64,000 nt of DNA. Origin: Bugula neritina. Lineage: Eukaryota; Animalia; Bryozoa. Below the pieces are notes generated by a model, which did no database searches, was not told where the DNA came from, and saw nothing but the letters and a program-made list of their open reading frames with translations. Within the stretch, counting starts at the first letter, position 1. The number at the start of each line of letters is the position of its first letter. Below are positions 42,377 to 56,700 of the stretch, piece after piece. The stretch is from NCBI GenBank assembly GCA_964035545.1, contig OZ037765.1:19034995-19098994 (forward strand), written 5' to 3'. The position numbers and the translations under genes were made by a program.

Positions 42377-45300
42377 ATGTCCGAACCCCTGACTAAAAGT
42401 TATGTCAACACACATGATCCTGAACATCCAGTACAAGAAGATCTGGTACTTTACCAACTGTTTGAGAAAGCCAGAAAGGAAGGAAATGATGGAGAGTTGG
42501 TTAACTTAGAGACTATGGAGAGAATGACTGCTAGTCAAGTCTATGATAAGGTAGTATACAACACCGACTAAAACTTGTTAATTAGAATTTTGCATTTGAA
42601 GTAGAAAAACTAGTTGGTACATGTTAGACATTTGTTGTAAACATTAAAAGGAGGCAATGCACAATTCGGTGAATTACTAATTTAACATTGATCTTTAATG
42701 TAGGCTGATGCTTATGCTAAAGGTTTGTTAGCCTTAGGACTTACTCCTGGAGAAGATACTCTTACAGTTGCTGGAATTCCAACTTTAGAAGCTGCATGTC
42801 TGTTTGCAGCTGCCACATCTATTGGTATTGAATATGCAGTAAGTTATCTTCTTTAATATATAAATGTCAAAATTAAAGCTTATTATAGTTGAGTTTAAAA
42901 TTAGCCAATCAATAGGTTGGTATAAATTGTTGGTATTTATTAAATAACATTTTAAGAAATTAAATAATATTATGGTGCTATATAACTTATAAAATTCAAA
43001 TGAAATTAAAACCCGAAGTCTGCTTAGAGCAAAACTACATAATTATACCAAACCTCCAGATTTTAAGCACTTATAGCCAACATAAATCTGATAAGAAATG
43101 TGTATTTCTAATGTGTTTTTTAAACATAGCTATATCAAATTTGAGAGAAAAAAGTTAAAATAAATGCAATGACATTGGTATACTACAGTATATTTGTGTG
43201 CATTAATATTTTTAGCACCCTTATATTTATATTCCCATGGAGCAAACTATTGGCCGAATTCTTCCTCTTTTGGAATCAAAAGTTTTGGTGGTTGGTGAAG
43301 GTGCCTATGGAGAAATATTTACTGCCCTGCTAAATGTTTTGGGTTGTAACCAAGAAACACCTGAATTCACCTTGTAAGCAGCTTATAAATTGTGCATATT
43401 TTTTGTTAAAACATCTCCCATACAATGTTAATTACAAATTTCAAATTTTCGTGCAGAGAAATTAGTTGATTTTGACTATTGCATGAGTAGTATAATGCTG
43501 TATATTATGTTATTTTCATCTTAGATTTTGTAAATGTTTGTCAGAATCCAGTTATTGTAAATTTTTCATCTGGTGTTTTACTTTACTAATAACGCCTTTC
43601 ACAAAACATCTTCTCACTGAGCCTATTTCTTTTTAAGAACCGCTTCTATTTGCAGGTTACCTGATGTAAAACACATATTCTATGATAACTCATATAAAGA
43701 CAGATCTCCAACTCAGAAGTTTATAAACAATTTGGATAAACTTAGACAATATGGAGAGTCAATATCTGATCAACAATTAGAGGAAACTAGAAAAAGTGTC
43801 AAACCAGAACATGTCATGCATTACTTATTTTCATCCGTAAGTCCTTTATAATCCAACTCAAGTAATATTATCAAAGACCGGGAGTGCGTAGTTCTTGCCA
43901 CTAGAACATTTAAGATTTGCTCTCTCTCTCTTTTATACAGAGCAAATTGATGATAAAACTTAAATAACAACTTTTTAATGAATGCATTGAATATAAGTTA
44001 TATAAAGTTGATTGTCACTGTGGTTTGATTACTCCGCATATAATGTAAAGTTTATTCATGTTGTCAAAAGTAAGCAAAAACTGAGCTTTCTAACAACTTT
44101 AAGTGCCGGATTTCATTCAAATTGTTATCTGAATATGTATGTTCCATGTGTGATAATTTGAGTGACTCAAAACATGGCCATAAACATGACTATAGCTCGA
44201 CTGGCTGCATGCTCTCCAAAATGGCTGCTATAATTGTAGGGAAGTACTGGAAAACCTAAATGTATAGCTCATACACACTATGGACTGGCCAATGAATTGC
44301 TTCAGCTCAGGGCAGATAATTTAGGGGTGAGTGGACGTTTTACATCTGTTCGTCGTTCTACATTTTTACGCCAGTTTTCTCTTACTCTGGCCGTTACAAC
44401 TTCTTGTTACAATCTGCTTAATATTTGAAAACTTTGACCAGGTATTTATTATAATAATAATTTGAGCTAAATGTGTGTCCTGGTTTTGTTGAGAGAGTTT
44501 TGGTAAATTGAATTATTTTTAATGTTAGTTGAGACCAAAATGCATTTTGCAATCATACTGTTCTTGAATAGTTAAATTAGTTTTAGAGTGTAGAGTATAT
44601 AGTATGTAAATTTGATTTCCTATAATTCAACTAAAGTCATTAAATTTAACTTTTTTCTTTTTTAATTTGTTCATTCCTTCAGTTAAATAGAATTTCACAG
44701 AGACCTTTTTTCTAATGTTTTGGCCAATTTTTTGCAGGCTTTCTTAACACTCAATCCTAACATGGATGAAATGGTAAGCTATAGTTGTATTTCCTGGTTA
44801 CTGGCTGGCAAGATTAAAAAAGTGGTGTTTACTCCAGAAAAATTAGCCATAATTGGAGGGGAAGATTTTGGTCGGCGTTGTACTGAAAGTCTTATTCCTG
44901 AAAAGTGAGAGTGGTATTTTTAAAGATCATATAAACCATTTGTTAATGTTTGAAGATAAATAGTGAAGAGTGAAACAAAATTGTGTTGTTTTATAAGTTA
45001 ACAGTTATTGTTTACTCTTGCCTGATATAAAAAATTTTATTGTGAGAAAAACCTTTTAATTATTCAATTTTTTGTAAACTGCATTTAAACTATTAATTTT
45101 ACTTTATAACTTTACCGTAATGTTTTAGTAAGTATTATAAGCTTGATGTTTCAGCATAGAATATATGACATTACTACCAGTACAAGCCTATGATATTGTC
45201 ACAGCATTAAAACAGCTAAAGATTCAATCACCTCCAATGAAGTTGTTTCATATGGGAGCACAAATCATCTCTAGGCAATGTAAAGAAGACTACAAAGAAA

Positions 45301-48300
45301 TATTCCAGGGAAAGCCTTTTGTATGTTTCTATTGTAATAAAATGTGTTGTTTAAAAAGTGTCTTGTCTTTTTAACATAGGATTTCTACAATTAATGCTGA
45401 ATTGGTGAGCAGCTATGATATTATATATGTTGTTTATTTACCCACTACCCAAACAGGACAGAGCGAAGATAGTTGAGCATATGTTGCTTATCTACTGCTA
45501 ATACTTGCCTGTTGAGGCAAACAGTATGTTGCTGTTTTAGACAACGTATGGGATGACTGAAACCTTTCTTATAGCTCGAACCAACTTGGGTGACAAAGCT
45601 TCTGACCTTGAGCTAATGCTAGATGCAAGGCTGTATCCTAAACTAAACGTTGAGGTACAAACATGAGTAAAAGCAAACTAAATGGGCATAAAATCTTTGC
45701 AGACTAAACAAAACTTGAATTGATTTTCTTTAACCTTTCTATCACAAATAAGTTTAGAAGTCTACAGCATTTTTAGGTTTATAATAGACTAACATCTTTC
45801 TTGGCAATATGCCACTGTTATAAACTTAGTAAAACAAAGACTAGGCGTTTAATAGACTTGATAAGTAAGTGCTCATACTGCCTACCTGGAAAATATCTAA
45901 TATCAATCTATATATATAGTTTTGTAGATTCTTGATTGATTTACTGTTTAGATTATTGGCTTAAGATACCAAATGCACCATTGCATTGACTATAAATTGA
46001 CTATAAGTACTTTATAATGAAATATTTGTTATATGCTTTTAATAACTTCATTTTTGATTTTTAATTCAATCATTGTAATTTTGTGAATCCATAATACATC
46101 AACAGTGTTAGCTAGTCTCATTCACCTGGTAGCTCACCCTTTAAATAGATTCTTACTCTCATTTTGAAGTTGCGGCTGGTAGATGAAAACAATGAAGTTG
46201 TTGACATTGGTAAAGATGGTGAAGTGCAAATAAAATCCTACTGTATCTTTAAGCACTATAAAGGAGAGCAGGATAAGACCAGAGCTGCCTTTACAGATGA
46301 TGGCTTCTTCAGAACTGGGTAACAAGTGTCTACATACAAACCTATTACAGCTAAGCAAACTTTTTGCAACGTAACGTTGATTTAATTAAACTGGTCAATC
46401 ATATATTTCTATAATTTGTGGATATAATTAATTTATAATATGAGCAGAGTGTTTTGAGTTTTGCTTATTAATTTTGAATGATACCTAATACATGATTGCA
46501 TTAAGCATCAGAAACTTACTTTTCATAAAGGTATTTGTTGACAAGCTAATGGGAGCAGTCGTGGTCTAAGGGTTAGAGCGTTTGCCTAGTAAGTCCGAAG
46601 ACATGGGTTCAAACTCCAACAAAGGCCATTGGCGATTTTAGAAAGAGCATCCAGTCATAATTGCTCCTGTGCCCCCTCTGAATAAGTCCTTTTCTCGATT
46701 TACCATAAAACCCCTTTCATCAGGGGTTTCTCACAGGGATGGGAAATATAAACTTTTGTGGGTTTTTATTTGTTGACAATTTAATAAAATAGGCCAACAC
46801 TAATTTTTTGATTTGATTTGATTTTTATTAGGGTGTTTTTGATTCGGTGTATAATAAGAGGTTAAATGCAGTGTTCATATACATAACTGTTTAATAAACG
46901 CGTCTAGGGTCTGTGGTAGAGGGTTATATATGTTTACTCAATGTAACATTTAAACTTTTAATTCTGCCATGAGGATGAGTTATTAAGGTGTGTAAATTTG
47001 CACACCCTACTACTCATAATATTGAGATGAACTTTGTTTTGCCACAGGGACATGGCAACAATGTATCCAGATGGCACTTTTATAATAAAAGGAAGAACTG
47101 CTGATGCCATCAGGTTTAAAGTATTTGGAGATGTGCTCTATCCTGGTCCAATTGAGCAGGTCGTTTCAAAGTATCCAGGGGTCCAGGATGTATCGGTAAG
47201 TTAATTTGTATAGTCTACTATACTAAACTTTTGCCTCTAGCAGATGGCTTATTAATAATATTACTTAAATCTGCCATATCTGTTTTTATGTTTCAACATT
47301 CTACAGAGAGTTGTTTTTCTGCAAGTCCATTAAAATTGCACATTTTCAAAACCTTATTTTAAACTCTTACATTGCTATTTTCTAGGGTCCCTCATGTTAT
47401 TAATTAACAAGTACCTAATTTAAATTAACTTTGTAATCTCATTTTGATTTTGTTTACGTGTGATATAATATAAATATTAATCATAGGTTGTTGGTGGAAG
47501 ACAGAGTGATGCTATAGGTGATGAGCTGACATACTGTATTAGGTAAAGTTCTGTGCCATCTTTCTGCATGTCATTATAAGATGCATGATTTGTTTGAAAA
47601 TTGTGCAAAGGTGAGGTTTTATTTATTCATTTTGAAATTGTAGCTTGCATGAGGGAGTGAGTCAACCCAGTGAGGAAGACATCTTTACCTACTGTGCTGA
47701 AAATGGGGTTAGTTTCTTTCTGTTTTTTGTTAATTATTACTTGCCAGGTACGTTGGTGTCATTAGATTTCTATTGACATGAAATACCAAATCGAAACACA
47801 TTTTTTGATGAATAGGATTTAAGCTGTCCTCTGCAGTATTTAGAACACATAAAACAACAAATACTCACTATTAAATTGTCATAATATTATCTTGTTTTAT
47901 TGGTTTTATTCTATTATATATGTTTTCAAGTTTTATTATCAATATTTGAAGTACCCGCCGGCACTGTTCAATTAAGATGTTTTGGTGTGTAGGTTTTAAT
48001 TTCGGTGAAAGGTTTTCATGGGTCTGTTGAGTTAGGGCCTCGCATGCAGAGAAAAGTAAATGAGGTAACATAATAAAAAGGGCAGTTATCTTGAAGCAAG
48101 ATGTAGTGTTGAGACTACCCAGTAGTCCTTGTGGTGTAATGGCTAGCCTGCTAGCTTTTCAAGCTGTGGGTCTGCAGTTCAAATCATTGTAGGGGTAAAT
48201 ATTTCACTTTCACGAAATGCATCTTGATGTTTCTTTATAATTTTTAGTTAGATGAGACTCAAAGAGCTGCAAGAATCATTTACTTTGAACGGCTTCCTAC

Positions 48301-48724
48301 TACAGCTAATTCAAGAAAAGTATGTTCAACCTATTGAATATTTATTTGGCTTTTAGTTTTGGTTTTGATAGAGGGTTGAATGCAACTATTTTATTGAACA
48401 AGTTTTTAACTTATGCCTTCAATGGCAGTGACTATTTTGAAATTTCTTTCCTTCTCAACACAGAAAGGAGCTTACACCTCTGCATTTTCAAAAACTCATT
48501 TTTATAGTGAATCATATTAAGTCAGTTTAGAGTGTTTAAGCATCTCTAGATATTACACACCCCTAAATTTATTTACAATATCGTGTAACACAGAATTTCT
48601 ATATGTTTCATTACAATGCCATTGCTTTTTAAAGGTGAGTAAAGCAATACTTCGGCAGAAAGTTAATGAAATGATTGCAAAGGATCCTTGCGTTGGCATG
48701 ACTCAATGGCTTCAAAAAATATAA
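42377..48724 (+). CDS. AMP-forming acyl-CoA synthetase-like enzyme (ANL superfamily, divergent ACSF2/4CL-like), paralogue A, ~586 aa, 14 coding exons
   Basis: Exons 42377-42550, 42704-42838, 43216-43373, 43656-43836, 44240-44326, 44738-44904, 45155-45320, 45541-45654, 46170-46318, 47048-47195, 47487-47542, 47644-47707, 48248-48319, 48635-48724. Motifs [37 protein letters not shown]. Confidence 0.9.
46551..46750 (+). mobile_element. tRNA-derived SINE-like element
   Basis: GTGGTCTAAGGGTTAGAGCG (A box), GGGTTCAAACTCC (B box), then a non-tRNA body. Confidence 0.6.
48102..48205 (+). mobile_element. Single diverged unit of the tRNA-like TIR family seen at 60894-61566
   Basis: Starts TGTAGTGTTGAG..CCCAGTAGTCCTTGTGGTGTAATGGCTAGC..GTTCAAATC..GGGG. 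Confidence 0.7.
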
Positions 48725-48772
48725 GGTAAAGGAAATGCAGTTTACCTGTTTATTATGGTGTTTGTAGCCAGT

Positions 48773-48958
<186 letters not shown>

Positions 48959-50783
48959 CTCAATATCTATTTATATATTATGAAAGTAGTTTTACTTGTT
49001 GACTAGAAGCAGTTTACCAATTTAGAGCATCAGAGTTTAGAACTAATTATAGGATATCTCTGCTTTATTTTTAAAGCTAGAGTATGCTTTAAGCGTTATG
49101 TTCATGAAGATTTCTGATTTTCTTATGTAGCGGTGATTGATCTGTAAAGGAATATATCCAGACATCTTCTGGGTTTTACTAAGTCCTGACTATCTGCTGC
49201 TGTTGGCAAACTATATTTTATTTCTAAACCTGGATACTTTATAACAACTAAATGACACATGCCTAGTCAATGTGGTTACAACTTCCAGCCTTCTAAAAGC
49301 TCTATAAGTTACTCAGTATTGGCGCAATACTGCTTGCTGCTTGGCATACTCGCTCCGCTATAATATTGCCAATCTTATCGATACTGAACAATTGTGTTAT
49401 AGCTTGCTATTCAATTTTATTGTATTGTATTCTATTTTGATAGGTATTATAAATTTTGTTTAATTTTTCCTGATAAAATTGAAGTTTAGAAATAGCAATT
49501 TTTAAAACAAAAGTAGTATCAGTAAACAAATATTTGAAAATTAAGATCTATATGTCCTTCATTTTTCAGTTTTATAGTTTATAAATTTATGTAATAATGA
49601 TTAAAATAAATTAGTTTCAAATATGGTTGAATACTTTTTACAAATATTTATATTCGTTAGGCTATATAACAAGTGTTATGGTATGGTACCACCAAATTTC
49701 CCTTCATTTAATGACACAACTCCACAATTCTGTAAGATCCACTTCAATTTAGAAAGGAGTTTTATTTGGTGTGTCAAAATGTTTTGAGTAAATGATATAT
49801 CAGGATTGAACCAACTAGACATATTTTGCAGCTCTAATTATAGTCATATGCTCTTTGTAATGTTAGATGTTTAGGAAAGACGTGAATTTGAATATGAGAT
49901 AGTAAACTAGAAGCTAGAAGCTACTTGAAAGAAAATTTAGTGGTCTTAGCTATGTCAAAATGTAATAGACTGTCTTTTTTACCTATTGGGCTACAATTTA
50001 TGAATACTGTTGGTGAATAATGTGGGTAGCTTTTATATATGCAAAGATGATGCATTCATTTCAATATCATTTCATCTTGATCCTCTTTATAACATAAGTT
50101 GCAATGACCGAAACAGCTAAAACTTATTTTGCTTTGAAAAACAGCTAGATTACCATGCAGCCATGCCTGGAATATCTTTATAATGTAGCATGATAATGAG
50201 AGTAATATAAAACTTTCAATGTAATTGTCTCTATACAATGCTAGAATGTCAATAAATGTGTTGGGCCACTTCATAGAACTGGTAAAGATTAGGTATAGCT
50301 AACATACATAGTATTAAAATCTATAGATATGTATCTGGCATCTGCTATCAATCTTTTATTTGCTATATATGTAATCTGAAACTTGAATCATATTAAAGTA
50401 TGACTAAACTTTAGCCATTACAGCTATTTAAATAGTGATTGAGATAAAAAACATGAATAATTACCAATTAAAATTAGATATGTATGAAGCTAATAAAAAT
50501 GTAAAAAAATGGCCTACAAAAAATATGATTAATAATTTTTTAAAGTAAGTAGGCCTATAATAATAAAAATAATCAGAAAACAGTAATTAATGAATTAATA
50601 ATTTCACAGTATGGTAAAATAGTAAAAGTTTTAAAAATATCCTATTGCAATGACGCCCATAATTTGATTAGCAAGAAAAAAACTTTAATATAGTTCTTTA
50701 ATTTGTAATAATTAAAGATGTTTTTCTACAACTACTTCACTCAGCCGCTTTATTCAGACAGAGTTTCTTTGTAATAGTTTTCT

Positions 50784-53700
50784 TCAATAATTAATTTGGT
50801 AGATTTCTAAAATGGGAACATCGCAAAATTTATGCTTCAACTAAATAGTGATACAGCAAATTGGGAGAAAATCATTTTGTTTTATAATTCTGTTTTATAG
50901 GCTTTGCAAAATGTATAAGAAAATAGGTAAAGCTATTACCTTTATTTAGATCTTGGAACCACTTTGTCATACCAACATTGCTGTCTTTTTCCAACATGTC
51001 TTCAACTTTTTCTTTAAGCATTTTTTTGCTGAACTGCAAGGCAAAAGAATTTAGGATAAAGCAATAATTTCATTTATTATATTCAAATTACTACTTTTTG
51101 ACATTCAGAAAACTCAGTACCTAACATTTTATAAACTGTAAAAATTCTGGCAAGATGAAAATGCTAACAATAAAAACTGACAACTAACATAGGGCTTACA
51201 AAGATTTTAACAGCAATGTTTGACCAATATACCTGAATTAAAAATACAAGACTTACTTTTCTGCCATTTGCAGTTAAAGGAAAAGAATCAAAGTAAATAA
51301 TTCTCGCAGCCCTTTGTATTTCATCCAACTGCAAAAAAAAACAAAGTATTTTTTTATAATGAGTAAAACACATGATGAATAGCTAATATTGAAAGATGTC
51401 ATATGGTTCAGTCAGAGTAATTAAACCACCATAACATAATAAGTACAGCTTGTTGAAAATCAACACACCACTGTTGGGAAGTTATCAGGTTTAAGGCTTC
51501 CATTGCACAGACAAAAAATAAAGTATTATAACTTGTATAGAACATTTTGATGTAAACTATATTATCATCTCAGTCAGGGTCCAGTCGTTTGACTATTTCA
51601 TTAAAGTTTAATTTAATTTTAACCAATTGGCTGCTTTTTTTGTAGGATCTTTAAAAAAATTTGAACAACTCTACGACAAGTTTCATAAATAACTTAAGAT
51701 CACCAGTTTCTATACCTAATATGCTATAGTAATCATGTGAGATGAATAAGAAATATTACAGTAGCAAATTTGATAATTATTATGAGCAAATGTCTAAAGT
51801 ATGCTTTCTTTTTGCATATGAAAAAAGCACAACTCTGACTTGGTGCACCAGGATATTTAAACTAAATAATTTATTACAAATACTTATAATTAAATCAACA
51901 ATTGAAGCTCAACTACTGATGTTAAGAATAGCTATCTTACACCATTTTGAGCACAAAACTCCAGCAGTTCTTCATCGGTAGGCTGTTTCTCTCCGTCATG
52001 CATTCTAAATATTTTAATTAAAATTTGAGAGAACTTTCACACAAATTCAACATACAGAGGCATGTAATAAATTAAATATTATAATTAAAATCTGGTTGTC
52101 TTTATAAGATCTTCAAACACAGCATTGTAAAATAGATCAACATGTATGCCGTTAATAATAATGAAATAACAGTCTAACAACTATCAAAATATAGCTTCAA
52201 AGGAATTGTGTTGAGCGAGCGCAAAATATATTTTCACTATAATATAGTGAAAATATGTTCTGCACTCACTCAACACAATTCATTTAAAGCTATATTTTGC
52301 TATACAATCCCATAGCACTTGATATAGATAATTAATATATTATATTTTAATTTGGGTGTTAAAAATTGTTACCAACTAGCACACTTTGCAAGTACAAAAG
52401 TATTTGTACCAACATATGTAACTGTGCTGTATTATTGAGAGAACGTCGATTTGCAACAAACGTATGCAAATGCATCTTTTAAACTTCTCAAACAAAATAT
52501 TGTGGTGGTTCGTGGAACTACCAGCAGCACAACATGTAGGGTCACGTAATTGACCCGGAACAATGGATAGCCAATTAGCGTAGTTGATAGTTAGCAGCAA
52601 TTGTAGTTTCCCGCTGCTAACTCAGTCGAAGCTAGAGTGTGAAATAGATTAGATGTGTAACTTGTTTGGAAATAATGTATCGTTTTTATAATGTATAATT
52701 GTGTGTAAAATATACTCGTTCACTCGACATATCCTGGTGCAGTTCTATAGTAAATAAATAGACTCTCTGGATAGCACATCAACCCTAAATCTGAAAATTA
52801 TAACAGTGGTGGCAGCAGTGGGATAGTGCATCCAAGATGGAGACTGAAAATGCTGGAACTCAACCACCGGCAATCGAAGGTGAGCGTAGAGACAATGCTG
52901 TAGAGACAATGCCTGTTAACCATGTAGTAGAAGAGCGAAGGGTTCCGCGAGAACTAGCTGAGGACCGCTACAGGTTAAAGGCGCCCACCTTCACGGGTGA
53001 AGAGGAGGTGGAACAATTTATCCAAGAGTTTAGCGACGTAATGGACGTCGCTCAGTGGCCCCCTAGGGTGGCCTTGCTGAAGCTTAGAATGGCATTGATG
53101 GACAAAGCCAAGCCCTATGGGCTGGGTGTAGACATTGATAATATCTATGCTTCTCTGCGGGCCCGCTTTGGCCTCTCTGCTACAGATGCCAGGGCCCGAT
53201 TGCAGAGGTTGCGGCGTGATCCCCGCACCCCGCTGCGGGAGCATGCCGCCGCGGTCATGAAGCTGGCACAGATCGCGTAGAGCGATTTGCCCCCAGTCAA
53301 CCGCGAGAGGTACACCCTCGACGCTTTCATAGCATCTGTCGACGATCTGGGTCTCCACCACCAGTTTCTAGCTAGGGGAGTCACCACCGTTGAAGATGCT
53401 CTGACTGAGGGGGAAGCTTACCTCCTAGCTAATCAAATGCATAAAAGTCGCGGAAGCTCCCGCCAAGTGGAGATAGACCGCGCAGACACGGCCGCGGGAC
53501 AAGGGGAGGAAACCCCCGCCGCGGCTGCCGTGTCCCAGTTGGCGACGGCATCAAAAGTCACTCAACTGACGGACATGCTAGCCAAGCTGATAGCAACACT
53601 GACACCACAAAACCCAGTGAGTACCGCCCCTGAGCCCATGCGGCCATCGGCGCCGCCACAGGGAGAAACAGTCAGTTTTTGCTGGGAGTGCGGAAATCAA

Positions 53701-56700
53701 GGACATTTCCGCCGATATTGTCCCTTCCTAAATCAGGGGTTAAACTACCGCGGCCCGCAGATGTTCCCACCTTCCGCGGGCCGACGATGAAACCTCCAGG
53801 GAAGAAGAAACGCAGGTCACCCAGACGGGTACCGCGTACTGGCAACCAACAGTGGCAACAGCCACGACGGACCAGCAAGGGGCTTCGCCCCGCAGCTGCC
53901 TTTTCTATGCCCCTTCACAACAGATTCACAGGGCTACAAGTCCAAGAATCTGGATGGGAGCCCACAAAGGTAGCTGAGAATCTAGCCTCGGCACCCCCGA
54001 GGCCTACCTACCACCGCCCTAAGAGACCTCCTTCGCGACTCAAAGCGAGGGAGGTACTCCCTGCGAGAGTAAGGCCTGAAGGGAGAGTTCAGGTGCAGCC
54101 CCATGGGAACAGCTATTTCTTGCCTGGTAAACTGGAAGGCAAAGCTGTTACTTTCCTCATTGATTCGGGCTGTACCACAAACCTCTTAAGCCGCCAACTC
54201 TTCGACACCCTCAGTACTAGGGTCAGGGGCGAGATGGAAGCATACGAAGGGGAATACGGCACCCTCGCTGACGGGTCGTGCCTTCCCTTCTATGGTATAA
54301 TTGAGCTGACGGGAAGAGTCCGTGATCAAACGATCCAAGAGACGTTCATCGTCAGTCAGCTCAAGGAGGATGCTATCCTCGGGATGCCGTTCCTTAAACG
54401 GCACGGATGTCACATAGATTTTAGCAGATCTGCAATGATGATGTCCGGGCGTGAACTCGCCTGCGTCGACAAGTTCGGCCGCCCTTTAGTGGGAGGTGTG
54501 CAAGTGGTACGCAACCGTATCATACCAGGCCGCTCCCGGGCTACCATTCACTGCAGGGTGAATAGTAGCCGGATCTCTGGACTCGGGGTGGTTGAAGGCG
54601 CGCACGAAAAGATCCAACTTGCCAGCAGTCTGAATCAGCTGACTGAGCAAGGGGAGATCTTAGTGCAGTGCGTCAACCCCTTTACCGAGCCTATCAAGCT
54701 CCCGGCTGGGTCGATGCTGGGCCGTTTTCCCTCTGTTCAGGAGGGAGACGTAGGCCCGTCGCTGGGTGATGCGACGGAGGCACCCCCTCAGTGCCCTATT
54801 CAGGGACGGGGGGCAGTCCCAACACATCTCCGGGAGTTATACGAAACAGCCAGTGGCGGCTGCGCGAGTAACAGAGAACGCCAAGCTATGGCTAAGTTAC
54901 TACGCGACTACGGTGATGTGTTCAGCAGCGGAGAGCATGACGTGGGACTGACTGGAATTGTCAGACACGAAATACCGCTGACTGCAGGGACAGTCCCTGT
55001 CCGGCAGCCCACACGCAGGCTGGGGCCGGAGAAAGAGAAGGAGGTTAGCCGACAAGTACGGGATCTTCTGGACCGGGGACTGATAGAGCCCGCCCATAGT
55101 GCGTGGAGCTCGCCAGTCGTACTGGTCCGGAAGAAAGACGGCAGTTGGCGGTTCTGTGTGGACTATCGCAAACTCAATAGCGTAACCATACAGGACGCCT
55201 ACCCTCTACCTCGTATTGACGAGTCATTGGACGCCCTAGCCGGCAGCAAGTACTTCAGTACGTTAGACTTGCTAAGCGGCTATTGGCAGGTTCCTCTGAG
55301 TCCCGACGCCCAAGAGAAAGCGGCGTTTATCACACGGGACGGTTTGTGGAAGTGGAAGGTGCTGCCTTTCGGGTTAACCTCCGCCCCAGCCACCTTCCAG
55401 AGGCTGATGGAACAAGTCCTTAGCGGACTCCATTGGAAGACACTGCTGGTCTACCTCGATGATGTCATCGTAATCTCTCCAGACTTTGAGACACATGTCA
55501 GTCGTCTGCAGGAGGTTTTCGAGAGACTCTGAGGTGCCGGTCTTAAGCTCAAACCTTCCAAGTGCGCTCTATTGCAGCCGGAGGTCAAGTATCTGGGGCA
55601 CGTTGTCGGTCGAAACGGCGTGGCAACGGATCCCGAAAAGGTACGGGCAGTAGAAGACTGGGTCACCCCCCAAGACTTGACCGGACTCCGGGCTTTCTTG
55701 GGGCTGGTAGGGTATTACAGGCAATACATACCAGACTTTGCGGGCATAGCCCAGCCGTTAAGCCGGCTCACCGCAAAGGGAGTGACGTGGCAGTGGACTC
55801 CAGTCGAGCAAGAAGCGTTCGACCGCCTCAAGGGCTGCCTACTAACGGCGCCCATCTTGGCCTACCCAGACCCCACTCTGGAGTACATCCTGGACACGGA
55901 CGCCAGTGACCAAAATGTTGGCGCTGTGCTGTCACAAGTGCAGGAAGGCCGAGAGGTAGTAGTAGCCTACTACAGCAAGTCTCTCTCACCCGCTGAACGA
56001 AATTACTGCACTACCCGCAAGGAGCTGCTGGCAGTAATCAAGTCAGTGAAGCACTTCAGACCATACCTATATGGCAGGAAGTTCCGGCTGCGTACGGATC
56101 ATGCCTCGCTGATCTGGTTGTGCAGGAGAGCAGAGCCCTCTAGTCAGGTCGCCCGGTGGCTCGAAATCCTAGCTGAATTCTCATACCGGATCGAACATCG
56201 ACCGGGCAAGAGACACAGCAATGCGGATGGGTTGAGTCGCCGACCTGACGGAGGTTGCAAACAGTGTCTCAACATCGAGAGGAGGGATGGAGGTCCCCCG
56301 CGATGCGAGTTGGAGACGCTGGCTCATCACGGAGCACCGTTTGACTGGGATCAAGGTCAACTCAGGCAAAGAGTTGATGAGTCCCCGGAGGATGTACAAA
56401 ACCTCCGCACCAACCCTGTACTGGCCGGTAATGTTCGAGAGCTGAAGAAGCTCCAAGAAGAGCTGCCTGGAGTCGTGGCAGACATATACCGGGCCAAAAG
56501 GGAAGGGCGACGACCCAGCGAGGAACGCATACGACAGGGATGCGCCGAGTTCCGGCTATACTGTCAGCGTTGGGACTCGCTGCGGATCGGGCAGGATGGG
56601 TTACTAACCATCTCTCTAGCTGCCAGCGGCAGACACCCGGAAAGGAAGAGGGTAGTCTGCCCCACAGCCATCCGCCGTGAGTTGATTTGGGATACTCACA

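Noticed and set aside
48713-48724. Peroxisomal PTS1 or luciferase assignment for paralogue A (ends QKI)
   Set aside because: Not a canonical PTS1, not shared by paralogue B, and nothing in the sequence specifically indicates luciferase activity.
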